A stretch of 35,011 bases of DNA from Chloroflexota bacterium (GTDB taxonomy: Bacteria; Bacteroidota; Bacteroidia; Bacteroidales; VadinHA17): positions 1 through 35,011 of the forward strand of contig JBLNAO010000124.1 in assembly GCA_050259395.1 (NCBI GenBank). The letters are read 5' to 3'. The translations under genes and the position numbers were made by a program. The notes under the pieces were generated by a model. It was given only the letters and a program-made list of their open reading frames with translations, was not told where the DNA came from and searched no databases. Of this stretch, positions 6,781 through 13,958 are shown piece by piece; positions within the stretch are counted from its first letter, which is position 1; each line of letters starts with the position of its first letter.

Positions 6781-8454
6781 ATGAGTCAGGGGGAAACAAA
6801 ACAGGCTGAGAGCAGAAGGGTTGTAAACATACTGAAAGGGTATGCAATTTTCAAGTCCACTATTTACAGCCGGGTCGTTTTCATCATAACAGTTTCTTCA
6901 GTCATACTTTTTCTGTCGTTTGGAGTAATATTCAGGTCAGTCTACGAGCAGAATCTTAATAATGTCATAAGACAGAATGGCAACAACATTGGATCAGTTG
7001 TTGAAGGTTCTTTATATTATTCAATGCTCGGAAATGATAAGAGGACGCTGCAGAGCACACTCGACATTATCAAGACAATGTCGGGCATCGATGATGTGAA
7101 CATGTATGATGAGAACGACGGCCTTGTATATTCCTCATTCGCCGATCACACATCCTCGCACAGCAATCCCGATTGCAGGGCCTGCCATACAAATCTGGCA
7201 TCAATGTTCCCTGCGAAGGAGAAATCATACCGGATACTGCCTGCCGGAAGCGACTGTGTCATGAATGAAAATGACAATGCTCACAGGCACCTGCTGATAA
7301 GATCACCTATCCTTAATGAAAAATCCTGCTATACTGCTGAATGTCACGCGCATGCTGAGAATGAAGCCGTACTTGGCTCACTTATAATAAAGCTTCCTCT
7401 CGATGATCTGGATAGTACAGTACAGAAATCCGCGGGTAAGTATTTCCTGCTGGCGGCGCTTGTTACGCTGCTTCTTGTAACCATTCTTATACTCTTCACT
7501 CAAAAACAAATTAAATCACCACTCAACGAAATTGTTAAGGCAAGCCTCGCTGTTGCAGGTGGCGATAAGGCAACCCGTCTCGACATCAAATCCGACCAGC
7601 TTGAGGATATGAGGATGGTTTCCAAGGCTTTCAACAAGATGCTCGACAACCTTCAGTCGGCAAATGAGGAACTAAAAAACTGGTCCCAACAGCTTGAATA
7701 CAAGGTCCAGAAAAAATCAGAGGAGCTTGGGGCTGCGAGAAACGAGCTGATACATATCGAACGGATTGCTTCACTTGGCAAGCTATCCTCATCAGTTGCG
7801 CACGAACTTAATAATCCGCTTTCGGGTATTCTGGTATATACTAAATTGATCCACAAGCAATTAAGTAATCCAGATCTGACCGACAAGAAGAAAGAAGCAA
7901 TTCTGAAACAGCTCAAGCTTATAGAAACCGAAACAAAACGATGCGGCGATATTGTAAAAGGACTGCTTGATTTTTCCAGGCAGGAGCAGCAGGATTTTGA
8001 AACAAGGCATATACATGGAATTCTTAAAGAAGCCCACGACCTTATGTTTCACAATGTCACAATCTCCAATATAAGGTTTCAAACAGATCTGAGGGCCACG
8101 TCAGACCTTGTTCTGTGCAGTCCCAACCAGATAAAGCAAGCTTGTGTTGCTATGATCGTGAACTCTGCCGAGGCTGTTCATGAAAACGGGGAAATCACAA
8201 TTACAACTACTAATCCCGATCAGTCGACCATCAGAATCGATATCTCAGACAACGGCATCGGAATTGCTCCTGATGACATCCCGCACATATTCGAGCCATT
8301 CTTTTCCACAAAGCGCGATGCCTCCGGCATAGGCCTGGGATTGGCAATTGTTCACGGAATAATCAAGAGCCATAACGGCAGAATAGGGGTTAAATCGGAG
8401 CCTGGCAGGGGAACTACCATTTCGGTCAACCTGCCATTGATCACGGATAAGTAA
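6781..8454 (+). CDS. Sensor histidine kinase with a periplasmic putative c-type-haem sensor loop, HAMP, HisKA and HATPase domains
   Basis: TM1 VVFIITVSSVILFLSFGVIF and TM2 YFLLAALVTLLLVTILILF. The ~168-aa loop between them contains CRACH (nt 7174-7188) and CYTAECH (nt 7327-7347). A HAMP-like segment follows TM2. H-box SSVAHELNNPLSG, N-box MIVNSAEAV, G1 DISDNGIGI and G2 GIGLGLAIVHGII. Confidence 0.9.
   Translation: MSQGETKQAESRRVVNILKGYAIFKSTIYSRVVFIITVSSVILFLSFGVIFRSVYEQNLNNVIRQNGNNIGSVVEGSLYYSMLGNDKRTLQSTLDIIKTMSGIDDVNMYDENDGLVYSSFADHTSSHSNPDCRACHTNLASMFPAKEKSYRILPAGSDCVMNENDNAHRHLLIRSPILNEKSCYTAECHAHAENEAVLGSLIIKLPLDDLDSTVQKSAGKYFLLAALVTLLLVTILILFTQKQIKSPLNEIVKASLAVAGGDKATRLDIKSDQLEDMRMVSKAFNKMLDNLQSANEELKNWSQQLEYKVQKKSEELGAARNELIHIERIASLGKLSSSVAHELNNPLSGILVYTKLIHKQLSNPDLTDKKKEAILKQLKLIETETKRCGDIVKGLLDFSRQEQQDFETRHIHGILKEAHDLMFHNVTISNIRFQTDLRATSDLVLCSPNQIKQACVAMIVNSAEAVHENGEITITTTNPDQSTIRIDISDNGIGIAPDDIPHIFEPFFSTKRDASGIGLGLAIVHGIIKSHNGRIGVKSEPGRGTTISVNLPLITDK
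7174..7188 (+). other. CXXCH haem-c attachment motif (CRACH) in the kinase periplasmic loop
   Basis: Codons tgc agg gcc tgc cat, read directly from the sequence. Confidence 0.6.
7327..7347 (+). other. CX4CH motif (CYTAECH), as used for some haems of cytochrome c3-type proteins
   Basis: Codons tgc tat act gct gaa tgt cac, followed by AH. Additional His residues nearby (HTSSH, AHRH) could serve as distal ligands. Confidence 0.45.
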
Positions 8455-8470
8455 TTTCATAAAAAGATAA

Positions 8471-9811
8471 ATGGCCAAACAGATATCATTGCTTATTGTT
8501 GATGATGAGGATTCTGTAAGGGATTCTCTTCTAAGCTGGTTCACGGAGGATGGTTACCTTGTGGCTGCTGCCGAAAATGCCGCCAGGGCGCTGCAGATGA
8601 TCGAATCGGAAAATTTCGACATCGTCCTTGCCGATATCAAGATGCCCGGGATGGATGGACTTGAAATGATGAAACGCATAAGGATGATCAAGCCCGACTC
8701 CATTGTTATTGTGATGACAGCTTTCGCAACAGTTGATACAGCTGTCCGTGCACTTAAGGAAGGCGCATTCGATTATGTCACCAAGCCTTTCGACCCCGAC
8801 GATCTTACGCATCTCATCCGCAACGCATCGAAGCAGATAGCCCTGGCTGAAGAAAACGAGACTCTCAGGACCAGGGTTGTGACTCTTGAAAATGTCGAGG
8901 ACCTTATTGGATCAAGCGAGCCAATGCAAAAGGTGCTCAGGGATATAGAGAGTGTTTCGCAGTCGAACTCCTCAGTTGTTGTCACAGGCGAAAGCGGTAC
9001 CGGGAAAGAGCTAGTGGCAAGGGCAATTCACTCAAATTCGAAAAGAAAATTCTTCCCTCTTGTAACTGTTCATTGCGGTGCCCTCACCGAAAGCCTGCTC
9101 GAAAGCGAGCTGTTCGGTCATGAGAAAGGAGCTTTTACAGGGGCTGTGTTCAACAGGAAAGGACGGTTTGAGATGGCCGACAACGGCACTATCTTCCTCG
9201 ACGAGATAGCAACAATCTCAACAAAAATGCAGATAGACCTCCTCCGTGTTCTCGAAACAAAGAGGTTCACCAGGGTGGGGGGAAACAAAGAAATATCTTC
9301 CGATTTCAGGGTGATCTGCGCTACCAACAGGGATCTGAAAACAATGGTTGACCAGGGCAGCTTCAGGGAAGACCTTTATTACCGCCTTAATGTGGTGAAC
9401 ATATACGTTCCGCCGCTCAGGGAAAGGATACAGGACATCCCACAGCTTGTCGACTATTTCATCCGGAAGTATTGTTCTTCAATGAACAAGCCATTGGTGA
9501 CGATAGAAAGCCCTGCCCTGAAACGTCTCGAAGAGCACAGCTTTCCCGGCAATGTGCGTGAGCTTGAGAATATGATAGAAAGGGCAATCGTTGTGGGGAA
9601 TGGCAAAAAAATAACTTTGAAGGATCTTCCTCTCGGCCACGATGCTGTCAACAGTCAGGTTGAAAGTCTCGATGATCTTGAGAAAAACCATATCAGCCAT
9701 ATTCTCGACAAATACAACTGGAACATATCGCGGGCCGCAAAAGCACTCAGGGTCGACAGGGTTACCCTGTACAACAAGATCTCGAAATACGGTCTTAAAA
9801 ACGCAGACTGA
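8471..9811 (+). CDS. NtrC-family sigma-54-dependent response regulator (REC, AAA+ and Fis-type HTH domains)
   Basis: REC domain: LLIVDDE...LADIKMPGMDGLE...TKP. AAA+ domain: Walker A GESGTGKE, intact sigma-54 contact loop ELFGHEKGAFTGA and Walker B TIFLDEI. C-terminal HTH NISRAAKALRVDRVTLYNKISKYGL. Confidence 0.93.
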   Translation: MAKQISLLIVDDEDSVRDSLLSWFTEDGYLVAAAENAARALQMIESENFDIVLADIKMPGMDGLEMMKRIRMIKPDSIVIVMTAFATVDTAVRALKEGAFDYVTKPFDPDDLTHLIRNASKQIALAEENETLRTRVVTLENVEDLIGSSEPMQKVLRDIESVSQSNSSVVVTGESGTGKELVARAIHSNSKRKFFPLVTVHCGALTESLLESELFGHEKGAFTGAVFNRKGRFEMADNGTIFLDEIATISTKMQIDLLRVLETKRFTRVGGNKEISSDFRVICATNRDLKTMVDQGSFREDLYYRLNVVNIYVPPLRERIQDIPQLVDYFIRKYCSSMNKPLVTIESPALKRLEEHSFPGNVRELENMIERAIVVGNGKKITLKDLPLGHDAVNSQVESLDDLEKNHISHILDKYNWNISRAAKALRVDRVTLYNKISKYGLKNAD

Positions 9812-9816
9812 TCAGC

Positions 9817-10353
9817 ATGGATCAGCATAATATCACACTGGTCTCCTTTGCCTATTTCGAGGAACCCTTCCTGAAAAAGATCGCCGACCTGGTTCGAACC
9901 GAAACAAATCACCAGGTCAGGGTAAAGGAAGGTCATCTTGATCTAAGTGATTTTTATGATGCTTCGCGCCGCCAGTATAATGCTGACAAAATGCTTAAAG
10001 CGGTCGACACGATCTATGGCGGTGACTCTTTCAGAACTATAGGCCTGTTCAATGTTGACCTCTTCATACCTATTCTTACTTATATTTTCGGCCAGGCCTA
10101 CCTGAACGGAAGGACAAGCATTGCATCAGCTTTCAGGCTCAGCAATGAAGGCTACGGACTTCAGAATGACGAAAGGATGACACTTGAACGCTTATCAAAG
10201 GAGGTGATACATGAGCTTGGCCATACCCTGGGACTGATACACTGCCATAACCCGATGTGTGTAATGAGATCCGGGACTTATGTTGAGGATATAGATCAGA
10301 AAAATACCGGATTCTGCACGAATTGTAAGAAAAGGTTACCGGATCATTCTTAA
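9817..10353 (+). CDS. Archaemetzincin-like zinc metalloprotease (peptidase M54 family)
   Basis: HELGHTLGLIHCHNPMCVMRSGTYVEDIDQKNTGFCTNCKK fits HEXXHXXGX3CX4CXM...CXXC, the archaemetzincin signature. I count 16 rather than the textbook 17 residues before CXXC. The upstream FIPILTYIFGQA region is also family-like. The gene starts 5 nt after the regulator stop. Confidence 0.78.
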   Translation: MDQHNITLVSFAYFEEPFLKKIADLVRTETNHQVRVKEGHLDLSDFYDASRRQYNADKMLKAVDTIYGGDSFRTIGLFNVDLFIPILTYIFGQAYLNGRTSIASAFRLSNEGYGLQNDERMTLERLSKEVIHELGHTLGLIHCHNPMCVMRSGTYVEDIDQKNTGFCTNCKKRLPDHS

Positions 10354-10357
10354 TCCA

Positions 10358-10747
10358 TCATAATTGTCTGGGAAAATCCTTCTTCCCAAGGAGGTCCGAC
10401 ACTGCCTGAAGGAATTCTTTCGGAATCAGCGGCTTTGTGAAAATGGCGTTGGCTCCGAGAAGCTTTGCCCCGGGAAGATAACCATCCGGACCGATTCTCC
10501 CGCCTCCGGAGATTGCAATAATTTTAAGATCAGGATATTGCCTTCGCAATTCGAAGATTGTTTCAAGGCCTTCTTTCTCAGGCATTATGATATCCGTTAT
10601 CAGCAGGTCGGGCCTGTTTTTTTCAAAAAGGGCCATTCCTTCCTTTCCGTTCAAAGCAATCTCAACTTCATGCCCTGCTTTCTCGAGCATCTTCTTAATC
10701 ATAAGGAGAATTGAAGGTTCATCATCGAAGACAAGAATCTTTGCCAT
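10358..10747 (-). CDS. Single-domain CheY-like response regulator (receiver only)
   Basis: KILVFDDEPSIL...LLITDIIMPEKEGLE...IIAISGGG...TKP. No output domain is present. The gene starts 3 nt after the hybrid kinase stop. Confidence 0.9.
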   Translation of the reverse strand: MAKILVFDDEPSILLMIKKMLEKAGHEVEIALNGKEGMALFEKNRPDLLITDIIMPEKEGLETIFELRRQYPDLKIIAISGGGRIGPDGYLPGAKLLGANAIFTKPLIPKEFLQAVSDLLGKKDFPRQL

Positions 10748-10750
10748 TTC

Positions 10751-12733
10751 TCAAGCTGTTTTATGGTTGTTGCTGTCAAGCACTCTTCGGATTATTTTGC
10801 TGAAGTCATCAAGCACCATCGGTTTCAGAATGACGTCCGATACTCCGCATAATGCAAGAACTTCCCCTGAAAGATTGTCTGCAAAACCTGTTATTATTAT
10901 GACTTTTAGTTCAGGCCTGGTTTCCTTCATTTTGAAAGCGAGATCAGTCCCTGTCAGTTCGGGCATGTTCTGATCGGTTACAAGAAGTGCATACTTGTCG
11001 GGATCAGTTCTGAAATCGTCGAGAGCGGCCATGCTGTCGGTCTTTATGGTGACTTTATAGCCAAGGTTCTCGAGCATTTTTTTGCCCATGAATGTAATTT
11101 CGGGCTCATCGTCCACAAAAAGTACATGTTCGTCGCCCTTCACCGGTCTTTTGTCAAGCTTATCCTCATCGAAGCCGTCTGAACTGTGCCTGGGAAGGTA
11201 AATAGTGAAAGTTGTTCCTTTTCCCGGCATGCTGTCGACCTCTATGGCACCACCGTAGTTGTTTATAATACCATGAACAACAGACAATCCCAAACCTGAT
11301 CCGGAACCGACTTCTTTCCTCGTGAAAAAAGGCTCAAAGATCCTTTCCTTTGTCTTCAGGTCCATGCCATGTCCCGTGTCGGAGATTATCAGTCTGATAT
11401 ATTCCCCTTTCTTCAGGTTCCTGATTTTTTCAGCACGTTTCTGGTCAATCGTAATGGCATCGAGCTTTACCTCGAGCATACCTCCGGTTCTGATCATCGC
11501 ATGACTTGCGTTTGTGCAGAGGTTCATCATGATCTGGTGGATATGGGTCGGATCGGCAAGAACGGTGCCTATCATGGGATCGAGGTTGTGCTTAATTATA
11601 ACTCCGGGCGGGAAGGAAGCTTTCAGCAGGTTAAGCGCCTCGGAGATTATTGGCTGAAGCCTTATCGGTTTCTTGTTTACGTCAACTTCGCGGCTGAAGG
11701 TAAGAATCTGCTGGACGAGGTCTTTGCCGCGTATTGCCGCATTGTTGATCTGTTCAATGTCGAACCTGAGGTTGCTTTCATCCGGTAGCTCCTCGAGAGC
11801 CATATCGGTATAGCCCAGGATCGGGGTCAGTATATTATTGAAGTCGTGAGCTATTCCGCCCGCGAGTGTGCCTATGGTTTCCATTTTCTGCAGCTGGAAG
11901 AGCTGTTTTTCAAGATCTGCTCTTTCTCTCTCATATTTCCGCCTTATCTCCATCTCTTTTTTAAGATCGAGGTTGGCATTATACAGCTGCTCGGTTCTTT
12001 CCATTACCCTTTTTTCGAGGGCATTGTTGGCCAGCTTCACATTTTCCTTCTCCTTCTCGAGCAAAACCCTGACATAGAATTCGCTTCTCGATGTGAGCTC
12101 GAGGAAGTAGGCGATGAACATTCCTATCATATTCGATGACAGGAAGAAGAAGTTGTTGCTTACTATCACATCAAGCGGCGGAGTTTCGGAAAAGAAGAAA
12201 ATCGATATCTCATACACCACTACTATCGACCAGCCGGCAATTGAAGCATGCAGGAATCTTGCCCTGGTGAATGTATAGCCGAAAATGAATATGAGTATGA
12301 TCCCGGCATAATATGAGTAATTTCCTGATTGCGAACCCAGAATGATCATTATGATGATCCCGAAACTTGCGCTGAACATCACAAAGGCGATTGCCCATTG
12401 CATGTACTTCCTGAACGATTTCGTGTATGAAAGTGCGTAAATAGCAATGAGGACAGGCATTATTATGCCGAACCTGATGAGCCAGAACTGTTCCTTGTAA
12501 TCCGGAAAGATCTTTGCGTCGAGCAATGCGAAGGAACAGTAGAAGATCAGGGCCAGGACCATTGAAAAGCGGAAATGATTTATCGTCTTGAGATAGTAAT
12601 CATCAAGAAAATCCCGCTCATAAATCGCCAGTTTGCCCGTGAAGGCAAGAGTCATGAAATTTAGTGACAGAGACTCCTGGTTCAAATTGGGCATCCCCGG
12701 CAGGTACCTTCTGATCCCCTTCAGAAAATTCAT
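10751..12733 (-). CDS. Hybrid sensor histidine kinase with a polytopic N-terminal membrane sensor, coiled coil, HisKA, HATPase and C-terminal REC
   Basis: About 6-7 hydrophobic helices lie in the first ~210 aa with almost no extracytoplasmic loops. A coiled-coil linker follows. H-box GGIAHDFNNILTPILGY, N-box NLCTNASHAM, G1 ISDTGHGMD and G2 GSGLGLSVVHGII. Receiver: VLFVDDEPEI...LLVTDQNMPELTG...LKP. Confidence 0.9.
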   Translation of the reverse strand: MNFLKGIRRYLPGMPNLNQESLSLNFMTLAFTGKLAIYERDFLDDYYLKTINHFRFSMVLALIFYCSFALLDAKIFPDYKEQFWLIRFGIIMPVLIAIYALSYTKSFRKYMQWAIAFVMFSASFGIIIMIILGSQSGNYSYYAGIILIFIFGYTFTRARFLHASIAGWSIVVVYEISIFFFSETPPLDVIVSNNFFFLSSNMIGMFIAYFLELTSRSEFYVRVLLEKEKENVKLANNALEKRVMERTEQLYNANLDLKKEMEIRRKYERERADLEKQLFQLQKMETIGTLAGGIAHDFNNILTPILGYTDMALEELPDESNLRFDIEQINNAAIRGKDLVQQILTFSREVDVNKKPIRLQPIISEALNLLKASFPPGVIIKHNLDPMIGTVLADPTHIHQIMMNLCTNASHAMIRTGGMLEVKLDAITIDQKRAEKIRNLKKGEYIRLIISDTGHGMDLKTKERIFEPFFTRKEVGSGSGLGLSVVHGIINNYGGAIEVDSMPGKGTTFTIYLPRHSSDGFDEDKLDKRPVKGDEHVLFVDDEPEITFMGKKMLENLGYKVTIKTDSMAALDDFRTDPDKYALLVTDQNMPELTGTDLAFKMKETRPELKVIIITGFADNLSGEVLALCGVSDVILKPMVLDDFSKIIRRVLDSNNHKTA

Positions 12734-12843
12734 GTAGTAAATATAATATTTCCACTCATAAGTACCACTAAATTACTTATGAATAGTGATTTGGTACCGG
12801 ATGCACCGGTAGAAAATCAAAGCGTTCACTATGTGCCTTCTGC

Positions 12844-13755
12844 CTAGTTCAGAGGCATAAAGTTCTTTCTCAGAACGAGGAACAGATTTATACCGAGCGG
12901 TTCCTTGTCAATGCTTACGAGTTCCTTGTCTACTCCGGCGTCACCGGCGATCCTGAAGAGATCGGATTCTGTTCTGAGATTAAGAACCCACTCCATAATA
13001 TTTTCCATGAGGTTTTTTGAAGGATTCTTAGTGCTGAAGTTGCCAACAATCATCCTTCCATCCTCTGTAAGGCAGTTGTAATATTTCCTGATGAGATATG
13101 AGAAATGCTTGTCCTTGAAATAATCGAAAAGACCGGCTGTCCAGATAAGATCATAAAGTTTGAAAGGAGTGTAGCGGAGGGCATTTACCTTGTTGAAAGT
13201 AATCTGATCCTTGAAGATCTCATTTTTCTTCGTTGAATAGTCGATTGCATTCTGGTCGAGGTCGACGAGATCAAATTTGATGTCTTTCCTGCCTGTGGCC
13301 GAAAGGAACTCATAGACGTCTGTCGCAGGTCCTGAACCAAGAATAAGAACCTTGGCATTCTTTTTCTCAGCAACAAGGTTTTTGCAGGTCTGGATAAAAT
13401 AATGCTTCCTGTTGCGGACGGCTTTGGCTCCCGGCTGATTGTGGAAGAAAATGTCCCAGTTGCGGTAACGGGGATCCGGGTTTACTACGTACTGATAGAT
13501 TTTTTCGATAAGCATGAAATCGCCGGCATAACCGTATGGTTTTACATATCCATGCCCCATGAGGGTGTTCTGGTCCATTGCAAAGCTCAGGCCGTTTCTT
13601 ATCTCGCTGATCTCTTCCTGAGTCAGCTTCTCGGCAAGAGCGCTGAATTTGCGACAATCTTCAAAATTTGAAGGTCCGCCTTTGAGAATAAGGGAATCAA
13701 GAAATGTTCCTACTTCGTCATACGTAGTCACCTGTGCTTCATTCATTGTTTTCAT
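12844..13755 (-). CDS. Class I SAM-dependent methyltransferase (PhcB-like by recollection of the N-terminal motif)
   Basis: Motif I VLILGSGPATD and the post-I acidic DLVDLD. The N-terminal helical region carries GYVKPYGYAGDFMLIEKIY, which I associate from memory with the PhcB (3-hydroxy fatty acid methyl ester synthase) type of methyltransferase. Confidence 0.75.
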   Translation of the reverse strand: MKTMNEAQVTTYDEVGTFLDSLILKGGPSNFEDCRKFSALAEKLTQEEISEIRNGLSFAMDQNTLMGHGYVKPYGYAGDFMLIEKIYQYVVNPDPRYRNWDIFFHNQPGAKAVRNRKHYFIQTCKNLVAEKKNAKVLILGSGPATDVYEFLSATGRKDIKFDLVDLDQNAIDYSTKKNEIFKDQITFNKVNALRYTPFKLYDLIWTAGLFDYFKDKHFSYLIRKYYNCLTEDGRMIVGNFSTKNPSKNLMENIMEWVLNLRTESDLFRIAGDAGVDKELVSIDKEPLGINLFLVLRKNFMPLN

Positions 13756-13958
13756 GATTTAATGGATTTAAGTTTAGAGTGGATATTTTTTCTATTCTGT
13801 AGTTGCAACAGATTATTTCATTTTGATTCGATGCCGATGGCAATGAATTGATTAAGGATCGTAAGACAAACCTAAAAATATATATTTTTTTTGGTTTTTT
13901 GCTGTTATTGCCAAATATTTTTAATTTTAACAGATCAGATTTACAGACCTTTCCCCGA

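Noticed and set aside
10364-10973. Plus-strand ORFs of 116 and 128 aa overlapping the receiver and hybrid kinase genes.
   Set aside because: They are antisense to genes with complete receiver and kinase motifs. Their Ser/Phe/Leu-rich translations are typical of reverse-frame artefacts.
12795-12811. The hairpin TACCGG-ATGCA-CCGGTA between the methyltransferase and hybrid kinase genes, considered as a terminator.
   Set aside because: The stem is only 6 bp and no U-tract follows it on the transcribed (minus) strand. It is more likely neutral or a minor processing or structure element, and the genes are still treated as a probable operon.
13848-13958. The N-terminal extension of the SiaB-like ORF (MIKDRKTNLKIYIFFGFLLLLPNIF...), which could be read as a signal or TM segment.
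   Set aside because: The ORF-track start is a TTG inside a very AT-rich, promoter-like divergent region. The hydrophobic stretch is simply translated T-runs. The homology repeat begins after ATG 13959.
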